A DNA stretch of 32,000 nt from Nevskia sp. (GTDB lineage: Bacteria > Pseudomonadota > Gammaproteobacteria > Nevskiales > Nevskiaceae): NCBI GenBank assembly GCA_016779605.1, contig JADHNH010000031.1:2125-34124 (forward strand), given 5' to 3'. Made by a program: the position numbers and the translations under genes. Shown piece by piece: positions 8,826-16,042 of the stretch. The notes below the pieces were generated by a model that searched no databases, was not told the origin of the DNA, and saw only the letters and a program-made list of their open reading frames with translations. Each line of letters opens with the position of its first letter. Within the stretch, counting starts at the first letter, position 1.

Positions 8826-9656
8826 ATGAAATTCTGGGAAACCGAGCTACGCGGCGCCGTCGCCATCGCCGCCTACTGCAACCCGCCAACCAACTACCTG
8901 GTGGCCGAGGCCACCGCCGAGCTGGCCGCGCTGATCCAGTCCTGGCGCGAGCCGGAGGTGCGCGCCGTCGTGCTGACCGGCGCCGTGCCGGAGCGTTACA
9001 TCACGCATTACAGCGTGGAGGAATTGGTGGTCTGGGGCGACGAGCCGGACAAGCTGCGCCAGCTCGCCCACGGCATGATCTACGGCTACCACACCTTGCT
9101 GCGCTCGCTGGCCTACCTGGACAAGCCGGTGGTGGCGGCGCTCACCGGCGACACCATGGGCGCGGGCCTGGAGCTGTCCCTGAATTGCGACATCCGCGTG
9201 GCGCAGCGCGGCGACTTCCGCATCGGCTTCCCCGAGGTGGCCCTGGGCATCCTCACCGGCACCGGCTCGCAGCTGCTGGCGCGCATGATCGGCCACGGCC
9301 GCGCGCTCGACTTCCTGCTGCGCAGCCGCACGGTCACGCCGCAGGGCGCGCTGGAGCTGGGCATCGTCAACGAGCTGGCGGACGACGCCCGCACGCGCGG
9401 CATCGAAATCGCGCAGGGCCTGGCGCGGCTGTCGCCGGTGTCGGTCACCGCCGCCAAGCGCTCGATCGTGCGCGGCGCCAACCTGCCGATCGAGGAAGGC
9501 CTGCGCATCGAGGCCGAGGAATGGCTCAAGACCATCGTCACGCCGGAGGCGATGGCGCTGATGCGCGACTACGTCAGCCAGCCGTTCGAGAAGCGCCGCG
9601 ACTGGGTGCAGGCGCACGGCGTGCCGCCGGCCAAGGGCGCGGCAACCGGTGCTTGA
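8826..9656 (+). CDS. Enoyl-CoA hydratase/isomerase (crotonase) family protein
   Basis: ATG 8826 is preceded by AGGAG at a 6-nt spacing (the track ORF starts at 8805). VVAALTGDTMGAGLELSLNCDIRVA and FPEVALGILTG are the crotonase oxyanion-hole motifs. Confidence 0.9.
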   Translation: MKFWETELRGAVAIAAYCNPPTNYLVAEATAELAALIQSWREPEVRAVVLTGAVPERYITHYSVEELVVWGDEPDKLRQLAHGMIYGYHTLLRSLAYLDKPVVAALTGDTMGAGLELSLNCDIRVAQRGDFRIGFPEVALGILTGTGSQLLARMIGHGRALDFLLRSRTVTPQGALELGIVNELADDARTRGIEIAQGLARLSPVSVTAAKRSIVRGANLPIEEGLRIEAEEWLKTIVTPEAMALMRDYVSQPFEKRRDWVQAHGVPPAKGAATGA

Positions 9657-9692
9657 TCCGCTGCTTCGGCGCGCCGCAAGGCGCGCCGAGCT

Positions 9693-10070
9693 TCAACGCC
9701 GGGCGCCGTTCCAATCCAGCGAAAGGCTTTGCGCCACCGCTGCAAGACGCCGGTCGCGCGTCCACAGGTGCGCGTCGCCGGCCAGGGTTGCAGCGGCCAG
9801 CAGGTGCACGTCCACATAACCGATGCCACGGCCGGCCAACCGATGCGCTTCGATGAATCCCAGCGCTTCCTCGTCGCTGGCCACGGGCGCCGCGGAGAGC
9901 TCGCGCAGCAGCGCCAGAAATTCCAGGCGGCCGGGGCCAAGGCTGCCGCAAGCCAGCTCGCCGACAACAAATGGATGGATCAGCACTTGCCCGGACTCGA
10001 GCGCGCCGGCCAATGCCGGCACGCCCTTGCGCAGGTGTTCGATCCAGACCGAGGTGTCGACCAGGATCAT
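9693..10070 (-). CDS. vapC: Type II toxin VapC (PIN-domain ribonuclease)
   Basis: 125 aa. Begins MILVDTSVWIEHLR, the PIN acidic residue context, then later GIGYVDVHLLAAA and WTRDRRL. The start overlaps the vapB stop by 4 nt. Confidence 0.9.
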   Translation of the reverse strand: MILVDTSVWIEHLRKGVPALAGALESGQVLIHPFVVGELACGSLGPGRLEFLALLRELSAAPVASDEEALGFIEAHRLAGRGIGYVDVHLLAAATLAGDAHLWTRDRRLAAVAQSLSLDWNGARR

Positions 10071-10276
10071 CGCGCCGCGGGCACGCCCCGCGGCCGCCGG
10101 CGCGGAACCGCACGCGCCTCCGGTTGGCTGCCGCCGAGGCGCGCCAGGCGGCGCGCGCTTTCCCTCTGGATCAGGGCACGCAGCCCCTCGTGCAGCAAGG
10201 CGGTGCGCTCGTCGAGGCCGGCGAGCCGCTGGGCTTCGCGCAGCAGTGCGTCGTCGAGGTTCACGGTGGTCCGCAT
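10067..10276 (-). CDS. vapB: Type II antitoxin VapB (small DNA-binding antitoxin)
   Basis: 69 aa. MRTTVNLDDALLREAQRLAGLDERTALLHEGLRALIQRESARRLARLGG is the typical antitoxin N-terminus found upstream of PIN toxins. ATGA overlap with vapC. Confidence 0.85.
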   Translation of the reverse strand: MRTTVNLDDALLREAQRLAGLDERTALLHEGLRALIQRESARRLARLGGSQPEARAVPRRRPRGVPAAR

Positions 10277-10293
10277 GATCGGGGCATCCCTCG

Positions 10294-10324
10294 GTTGATG
10301 CCTAAATCATACATCAGTTGATGC
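10294..10324 (-). promoter_or_regulatory. Direct repeat GTTGATGC x2 (23-bp period) flanking a TATGAT -10-like box upstream of vapB (candidate autoregulatory operator/promoter)
   Basis: GTTGATGC at 10294-10301 and 10317-10324. On the minus strand, TATGAT lies between them about 30 nt upstream of the vapB ATG. TA operons are normally autoregulated at such repeats. Confidence 0.35.
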
Positions 10325-10361
10325 TCGCCGCATGTGCATGGCGCGGACATCGCGAGCCCGC

Positions 10362-11297
10362 CTAAGCGAACCGCTGCTTCAGCCAGCCGCAGGCCTCGCC
10401 GATCGCCACTCGCCCGAGGTCGATGAGGCCGAAGCGCGAGAAGAAGCCGTGGTTGGCGCCGTCGTAGCGGCTGAGCTGCGTCGCCACGCCGGCCCGCTGC
10501 AGCGCGCGCGCATAGGCTTCGCCCTCGTCGCGCAGCGGGTCGTACTCGGCGGTGATCACCAGCGCCGGCGGCAGGCCGGCCAGCGACGCGGCGCGCAGCG
10601 GATTGGCGTAGGGATTGTCGATGTCGGCCGGCGCTGCCAGGTAATGGTTGGTGAACCAGGCCATGTCGGCGGCGGACAGGCCGTAGCCCTGCGCATTGTC
10701 CACCATCGAGACGGTGGGGCGGCTGTAGTGGTCGGTGGCAGGGTACACCAGCAGCTGGCCGGACAGCGCCGGGCCGCCCTCGTCGCGCAGGCGCAGCGCG
10801 GTGGCCGCGGCCAGGTTGCCGCCGGCGCTGTCGCCGCCCACCACGACGCGCCGCGGGTCGGCGCCGATGCCGGCGGCATGCGCATGCACCCAGCGGGTGG
10901 CGGCCGCGCAGTCGTCGGCGGCGGCCGGAAACTTGTGCTCCGGCGCCAGCCGGTAGTCCACCGACACCACCACGCAGCCGGCCAGGCCGCACAGCTCGCG
11001 GCACAGCGAGTTGTAGATGGCGACGTCGCCCACCACCCAGCCGCCGCCATGGCTGAACACCAGCACCGGGAACGGCCCCGTGCCGATCGGCTGGAATACG
11101 CGCAGCGGAATGCGCCCGCCGGGTCCGTCGATGGACAGGTCGCGGCTGCCGGCGATCGGCTGCGTGCTCTGCGGCAGCGCGGTGATGACCTGTGCGAACA
11201 GCTTGCGGCAGGTCTCCACGGGGAGCTGGTGGAACGGCGGGATGCCGGAGGCGGCCGCCTTGTCCAGCATGGCTCTGATTTGGGGATCCAGGGGCAT
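10362..11297 (-). CDS. Family IV (hormone-sensitive-lipase-like) carboxylesterase / alpha/beta hydrolase
   Basis: 311 aa. HGGGW oxyanion motif (VFSHGGGWVVGD), nucleophile G-D-S-A-G (VVGGDSAGGNLAA), and late DPLRDEG and HGF catalytic Asp/His regions. Confidence 0.9.
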   Translation of the reverse strand: MPLDPQIRAMLDKAAASGIPPFHQLPVETCRKLFAQVITALPQSTQPIAGSRDLSIDGPGGRIPLRVFQPIGTGPFPVLVFSHGGGWVVGDVAIYNSLCRELCGLAGCVVVSVDYRLAPEHKFPAAADDCAAATRWVHAHAAGIGADPRRVVVGGDSAGGNLAAATALRLRDEGGPALSGQLLVYPATDHYSRPTVSMVDNAQGYGLSAADMAWFTNHYLAAPADIDNPYANPLRAASLAGLPPALVITAEYDPLRDEGEAYARALQRAGVATQLSRYDGANHGFFSRFGLIDLGRVAIGEACGWLKQRFA

Positions 11298-11332
11298 GAT
11301 GCGGGTTCCGAATGCGGGGTGTCCCCCATCAT

Positions 11333-11371
11333 AGAAACAACCGCGCGCCGGCGCGAACGCGCGGCGCCGGC
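11333..11371 (-). terminator. Candidate intrinsic terminator of the pmo-cop operon
   Basis: On the minus strand, 5 nt after the stop at 11376: an 8-bp GC stem (GCCGGCGC / GCGCCGGC, 11364-11371 pairing with 11347-11354), a 9-nt loop, then 6 nt and TTGTTTCT (11333-11340). The U-tract is interrupted. Confidence 0.4.
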
Positions 11372-11375
11372 CCGC

Positions 11376-11825
11376 TCAGGGCGCCGGGTCCGGCGTCACC
11401 CGCACGCGCACCGTGCGCACCGAGCTTTCGATAGTGTCGTGAGCAGGGTCCGCCCAGAACGCGCTGATGCGGTGCGGGCCGGGCTTCACCGGCAGGTCGA
11501 ACACGAACAGGTAACGCTGGCCGCCCAGCCGGATCAGCTGCTGCTGCGCCGGCATCAGCACGGTGTCGTCCACCGCCACGTGCAGATGCACGCCCACCAC
11601 CGGCGCGCTCATGGTCAGCTTGCTCATGTCGCCGGGCGTGGCGAACACCAGGGCGAGCTGCGTGCCCACCTCGGCGCCGTCCCTGGGCAGCACGATCTTC
11701 AGCGGCGGCACCGCCGGCGCTGCGGCGGGCGCTTGCCGCGCTGGCGCCTGGGCCCGCGCCGGCACCACGGCGATGATCGTCGCGGCGCCCAGGAAGGCGG
11801 ACAGGGCAAGGGCTGGAACGCGCAT
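11376..11825 (-). CDS. Small secreted protein, last gene of the pmo-cop operon (possibly DUF4399-like beta-sandwich)
   Basis: ATG 11825 is preceded by AGGAG, which overlaps the copD TAG stop. Signal peptide MRVPALALSAFLGAATIIAVVPARA|QAP. The mature part contains VVGVHLHVAVDD, reminiscent of the GHHH..D element of DUF4399. The family call is tentative. Confidence 0.65.
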   Translation of the reverse strand: MRVPALALSAFLGAATIIAVVPARAQAPARQAPAAAPAVPPLKIVLPRDGAEVGTQLALVFATPGDMSKLTMSAPVVGVHLHVAVDDTVLMPAQQQLIRLGGQRYLFVFDLPVKPGPHRISAFWADPAHDTIESSVRTVRVRVTPDPAP

Positions 11826-11835
11826 TATTTTGCTC

Positions 11836-13821
11836 CTAGTGGACATGCTCGTCGGGCGGCGGCAGGATCTGCGGCTCGCGGTTGAGCGCGGCCACCTGCT
11901 CGCGCAGGCCGGCCGGGTCGGACCATCCGTCCGCCTCCTCCTCCGGGATCCAGCGCGCGCGGATGTAGCCGAAGCGGTCGATCAGGAACGCCATGCCGTC
12001 GCGCGGAATGTCGATGCGCTGCGGATCGCCGCGGTTCGCCACGGTGCGCGACAGCAGGTCGTAGCTGCCGCGGATTTCCCCGGCGCCGCGCGTCACCACG
12101 GTATACGGCGGCGTTTCCGTGGAAGCCTCCTGCCCGACCACGATCACGGCGAATTGCGGCCAGCCGGCGGACGCCGCCGACTGCGCGAGCCGGCGCAGCC
12201 GCGCGTCGCCGCCGGGGAACACCAGCAGCACCGCGCTGACGCCGCGGAAATCCTTGAGCTGCCGCGGCGTGCCGTCGGCCGACTCGTAGTAGAAATCCGG
12301 AGCGCCCAGCCAGGGCCGGTAAGGCACCATCTTCGGCGACAGGATGCGCGCCTGGAAGCCCTGCGAGAACGCGCGCAGGAAGTTGACCAGGTCCCAGCGG
12401 TCCTCCTCGGTCAGGACATCGGCAAAGCCGGGCATTTCGCTGCGCGGGATGCCGTGGCCCATCCACCAGTACATGTCGCCGGCGGTGTGCAGCGCGGTGT
12501 GCGGCTGGCTCAGGTTCGCCGGCGGCCTGGGCAGCGGCCTGCCCGCGGCGCCGTCGCCCAGCCCGCCGCCGCCGTGGCACATCACGCAGTGCGCCTCGTA
12601 GCTGGCCTGGCCGTGGGCGATCGACACGGTCAGGTAGGCCACTTCGGAGCGCCGGTAGGTGTCCGGAAACGCCGGCACCGAGAGCTGCCAGACCAGCAGG
12701 CCGCCGATGCCGGCCAGCGCGCCGGCGCCCACCGCCAGCCGCGTGCGCAGCGGCTTGGCGCGCCCGCCGCGGGCCAGCCAGACGCCCGCGGCGAGAGCCA
12801 GCGCAGCCGCCGCGCCGATCGCGTACGGGCCGCTGGGCAGCAGCCAGATCGGCCAGGTCGCCGCCGCCGAGATGCGGAACGGCAGCCACCAGTACGGCTG
12901 GGCATGGTTGGCGGGAGTGGTCTGCCCCAGCGTGCTGGCCAGCGCCAGCACCACCAGCGCGAGCGTGAATTCGGCCGCCACCAGCGTGCCGGCGCGCCGG
13001 TACAGCAGCCCGGCCTGCGCAGGATCGCCCAGGCCGGCCAGGTAGCCGCCCCGGACACGGTTGGCGACCGCCAGCGCCGCGGCCAGCACGGCCACCTTGG
13101 CGCACACCAGCAGGCCGTAGAGGGTCCCCAGCAGATCGCCCTGGCTGGCGATGTAGCTCCAGGCCAGGGTCGCGCCGGTGGCGATGATGAGCGCAACGCA
13201 GGCCGCCGCCAGGCGCGAAAAGCGCCGCAACGCCGCGGCCGCATAGGCGCAGCGCCCGGCGTCCGGCGCGGCGGCGATGCCGCGCACCAGCGCGATCCAG
13301 GCCGGCAGCGCGCCCACCCAGACCGTCACCGCCAGGACGTGCGCCACCTGCACCGGCAGCAGATACGGCGCCTCGCTGCCCGCGGCATGGCCGGACCAGG
13401 CGCCGGCCGCGGCGGCGGCGGCCGCGGCCAGCAGCACGGCCGCCGCACGCGCCGCCGCCAGCCCGCTGCGCACGGGAATCACCGCGATCGCCAGCATAGC
13501 CGCGCCGGCGGCCATGCGCAGCGCCCAGACCTGGCCGTACTGCGTGCCGGCGGCGAACTCGCGCAGCAGCGCGGGCTGTCCCAGCAGGGCGCGGATCGGT
13601 TGCTCGAGGGTGGCGGCCGCCTGCACCGGCAGCGCCAGCGCGACGGCGGCCAGGAACAGCGCCGCCGCGGCGGCCGGCAACATGCCGCAGCGCCTGCGCC
13701 AGTGCGACACCAGGGGATCGGCGGAAGCGCCCGCCAGCGCCAGGAACACCGTCAGCCCGATCACCAGGGCCAGGCCCAGGTGCGCGCCCAGCCGCGCCAG
13801 CGCGCCGACCGCTGCGGTCAC
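11836..13821 (-). CDS. copD: CopD-family copper transport membrane protein fused to a mono-haem cytochrome c domain and a Cys-less thioredoxin-fold (TlpA/AhpC-like) domain
   Basis: GTG 13821 overlaps the copC stop (GTGA). The upstream part of track ORF 11836..14058 lies inside copC. The first ~385 aa are polytopic and hydrophobic, as in CopD. Then come CVMCH (nt 12574-12588) and a downstream GIPRSEMPGF Met-ligand region (class I cytochrome c). Then APDFYYESADGTPRQLKDFRGVSAVLLVFPGGD...GMAFLIDRFGYIRARW follows the redoxin-fold pattern but contains no Cys. Confidence 0.85.
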   Translation of the reverse strand: MTAAVGALARLGAHLGLALVIGLTVFLALAGASADPLVSHWRRRCGMLPAAAAALFLAAVALALPVQAAATLEQPIRALLGQPALLREFAAGTQYGQVWALRMAAGAAMLAIAVIPVRSGLAAARAAAVLLAAAAAAAAGAWSGHAAGSEAPYLLPVQVAHVLAVTVWVGALPAWIALVRGIAAAPDAGRCAYAAAALRRFSRLAAACVALIIATGATLAWSYIASQGDLLGTLYGLLVCAKVAVLAAALAVANRVRGGYLAGLGDPAQAGLLYRRAGTLVAAEFTLALVVLALASTLGQTTPANHAQPYWWLPFRISAAATWPIWLLPSGPYAIGAAAALALAAGVWLARGGRAKPLRTRLAVGAGALAGIGGLLVWQLSVPAFPDTYRRSEVAYLTVSIAHGQASYEAHCVMCHGGGGLGDGAAGRPLPRPPANLSQPHTALHTAGDMYWWMGHGIPRSEMPGFADVLTEEDRWDLVNFLRAFSQGFQARILSPKMVPYRPWLGAPDFYYESADGTPRQLKDFRGVSAVLLVFPGGDARLRRLAQSAASAGWPQFAVIVVGQEASTETPPYTVVTRGAGEIRGSYDLLSRTVANRGDPQRIDIPRDGMAFLIDRFGYIRARWIPEEEADGWSDPAGLREQVAALNREPQILPPPDEHVH

Positions 13822-14216
13822 TGTGGGCCGGCGGCAGGCCCCACGGTGAACCGGTACCCGTAATCGACGAGATGGCCGTCGCGGGACAGCACGTGGTACC
13901 TGAGGGTGTAAGTGCCCGGCCCGGCGGCAGGCGCCGCGGCGGTAAGGCACTTGGGATTGTCTGCCACCGCCTGCGGCGGCCCCAGCGCCAGCGGCTGCTC
14001 CTTCGCGTCCAGCAGCTTCACGGTGGAGAACTTCACTTCCACCGCCTCGTTGAAGCACAGCTCCAGCTTGTCCGGCATGCGGCTGACCACCGCCCGGCTG
14101 CCGGGAACGGCGCGCACCAGGGCGGCATGCGCCAGCACCGGCCCTGGCATCGCGCAGGCCGCGGCGACCGCCAGCAGAACGCCCAGGCCAGCGCCCCGCG
14201 GCGGCTTCCGATTCAT
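13818..14216 (-). CDS. copC: CopC periplasmic copper-binding protein (Cu(II)-site-only, C0-1-like type)
   Basis: 132 aa from the internal ATG 14216, which overlaps the upstream stop (ATGA). Signal peptide ...MPGPVLA|HAALVRAVP gives a mature N-terminal His. D-G-H near the C-terminus (SRDGHLVDYGYRFTV) matches the His1/Asp/His Cu(II) site of CopC. No Met-rich Cu(I) site. Confidence 0.9.
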   Translation of the reverse strand: MNRKPPRGAGLGVLLAVAAACAMPGPVLAHAALVRAVPGSRAVVSRMPDKLELCFNEAVEVKFSTVKLLDAKEQPLALGPPQAVADNPKCLTAAAPAAGPGTYTLRYHVLSRDGHLVDYGYRFTVGPAAGPQ

Positions 14217-14806
14217 GCCTTCGGCTTCGGTGCGCGGCCGGTCATCCGGTACAGCACCAGCGACAGCGCGACCACGATCAGAAAGTACGGGAAGTAGCGC
14301 CAATACGACTTCACGCCGACGCGGAACGGGAACACCGAGTGGTAGACCTCGCCGGTGCGCTCGTTGGTGGCATTGAGCACGCCGATGTACCAGCCCGGCG
14401 CGGAGAAGGTGTTGTCCACCGTCACCGTGCCGCGCGGGTACTTCTGCGCGTCGGTGCTGAACAGCGTCGCCGCCTTGATGTCGTCGGCGCTGCCCAGGTC
14501 CATATACATGGCGCGCTTGCCCAGGCCGTGCACGTCCTTGAGCACCAGGAACTGCACGCCCATGTCGCGCAGCGGCGAGTCGATGAAGTCCATCACGATG
14601 ATCGCGCGGCCGAGCTCCGGGATGTCCTCGCAGAACTCCTGGGTGGCGCGCAGCTCGGGCTGGTAGCCGACGAAATGCGACTTGAACGGGCCGATGTGCA
14701 TGATGCACACGTCGTCCTTCATCGACACGCCGCCATGGGCGCGCGCCTGCGCGCCGCACAGCAGCATGGCCAGCGCCAGGCCGGCGGCGAGGCTGCGCAG
14801 CCTCAT
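14213..14806 (-). CDS. Exported, C-terminally membrane-anchored protein of unknown family in the PmoD/AmoD position
   Basis: 197 aa from the internal ATG 14806, which overlaps the pmoB stop (ATGA). Signal peptide MRLRSLAAGLALAMLLCGAQARA|HGG, a soluble domain of ~140 aa, one C-terminal TM helix YFPYFLIVVALSLVLY and a basic tail RMTGRAPKPKA. A C-I-M-H cluster sits at aa 34-37. Confidence 0.8.
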   Translation of the reverse strand: MRLRSLAAGLALAMLLCGAQARAHGGVSMKDDVCIMHIGPFKSHFVGYQPELRATQEFCEDIPELGRAIIVMDFIDSPLRDMGVQFLVLKDVHGLGKRAMYMDLGSADDIKAATLFSTDAQKYPRGTVTVDNTFSAPGWYIGVLNATNERTGEVYHSVFPFRVGVKSYWRYFPYFLIVVALSLVLYRMTGRAPKPKA

Positions 14807-16032
14807 CCGAACACCGGGATCATCGGGCCGCCGACCTCCACCGGGTAGCGCTTGCCGTCGCCGTCGTAGAAGAACAGCATCACGGCGACGATGGCGTCCG
14901 GCGAGTCGATCATGGTGGTCATGCGCTCGGTTTCCCACAGCGCGTCGTCGGCGTACACCACGATGTCGCGCGTCTCGCCCGGCGCGACCGGCCCGCCGTC
15001 GACGTGCAGGGCGTCGGACGCCACCAGGTCGTCGGCGTCGGCCGGCTTGACCTGCAGCACCGAGGAATTGACGAAGCGCACGTTGCCGGCGTCGAGCTCG
15101 CCGACCGTCACCGGGCTGCTGCCCCTGTTCGTGACGGTGAGGGCCACGCGGAAGCTGCGGCCGGGGATGCGGTAGCGCGCTTCGTTCATGCGCACGTCCA
15201 GCGGCACCGCCGGGCGCTGCGCCGGCGGCGCGGCGATCTTGCCGGCCTGCAGCGCCGTGGTGATCGGCCACTTGTCGTCGGCGTACATGTAGCCGCCGAC
15301 GATCAGCGACAGCGTCAGGACCAGAAAGCCCAAGGCCACCCGGCGGTCGCCCAGCGTGATCATCTGGTCGGCGTTGGCGCCCAGCTCGGCGGCGCGGCGG
15401 AAGCGCGGCAGGATGATCGGCACCCGCAGCAGCCACCAGACGAACCAGGCCACGCCGACCACCGCCCACAGGATGGACCAGTGCACGGCGTTGGCATAAC
15501 CGAACGACTCGAGGTCGATGTCCTGGCCCAGCAGGGTCTTGGCGGTGTTGGTGAACGCCGCCTGGTCGCCGCCGATCTCCACCCACAGGCCGGGCCCGAT
15601 CAGCGGGCCAGTGTCCTTGACGTTGATCACCGGGTGGATGTGGTAGCGGCCCGGCTTGCGCGCCTTGAGCGTGATCTCGAAGTTGTACTGCAGCTCCGGG
15701 TGGAACGAGGTGGAGCGGATCATCGGCACGCCGTTGACGCGCGAGTCCAGGCGCACGAACGAGGGCCCGGGCACGCCGATGTTGAGGAACGCCGTTTCCT
15801 CCGCCGACGGGAACTGGGTGGGCCAGAAGTCCGAGGGGATGAAGCTGCCCTTCACCACCAGGATCTGGTTGACGTCCAGCTTGGTGGCCGACACCGTCAC
15901 GTCGAACCAGTGCACCGTGCGCATGCGCACCTGCGGCATCTGCGCGCGCTCGCCGTGTGCTGCGGCGAGCGGGGAGAAGCCGCCGACGCAGGCGGTGGCC
16001 AGGGCGATGGCCAGTATCTTGAGGATTTTCAT
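14803..16032 (-). CDS. pmoB: Copper membrane monooxygenase subunit B (PmoB/AmoB family)
   Basis: 409 aa. After signal peptide ...SPLAAA|HGERAQMPQVRMRTVHWFD it aligns by eye with M. capsulatus PmoB HGEKSQAAFMRMRTIHWYD. Also KARKPGRYHIHPVINV vs KARRPGDWHVHTMMNV, two central TM helices, a C-terminal cupredoxin region (RYRIPGRSFRVALTVTNRGSSPVTVGE) and the terminus PMIPVFG. Confidence 0.95.
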   Translation of the reverse strand: MKILKILAIALATACVGGFSPLAAAHGERAQMPQVRMRTVHWFDVTVSATKLDVNQILVVKGSFIPSDFWPTQFPSAEETAFLNIGVPGPSFVRLDSRVNGVPMIRSTSFHPELQYNFEITLKARKPGRYHIHPVINVKDTGPLIGPGLWVEIGGDQAAFTNTAKTLLGQDIDLESFGYANAVHWSILWAVVGVAWFVWWLLRVPIILPRFRRAAELGANADQMITLGDRRVALGFLVLTLSLIVGGYMYADDKWPITTALQAGKIAAPPAQRPAVPLDVRMNEARYRIPGRSFRVALTVTNRGSSPVTVGELDAGNVRFVNSSVLQVKPADADDLVASDALHVDGGPVAPGETRDIVVYADDALWETERMTTMIDSPDAIVAVMLFFYDGDGKRYPVEVGGPMIPVFG

Positions 16033-16042
16033 GGCAGTGGCC

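Noticed and set aside
13402-13434. GCN-rich simple tract (GCC/GCG repeats) inside copD
   Set aside because: It encodes an Ala run (LLAAAAAAAAGAW) within a predicted transmembrane helix. This is compositional, not a functional DNA repeat or slippage hotspot that I can support.
13822-15586. Long N-terminal extensions of the track ORFs 11836..14058 (740 aa), 13818..14759 (313 aa) and 14213..15586 (457 aa)
   Set aside because: The extended parts lie inside the preceding genes (copC, orf197, pmoB) in other frames and translate to Arg/Gly-rich junk. Internal starts give proper signal peptides and exact ATGA/GTGA overlaps with the upstream stops.
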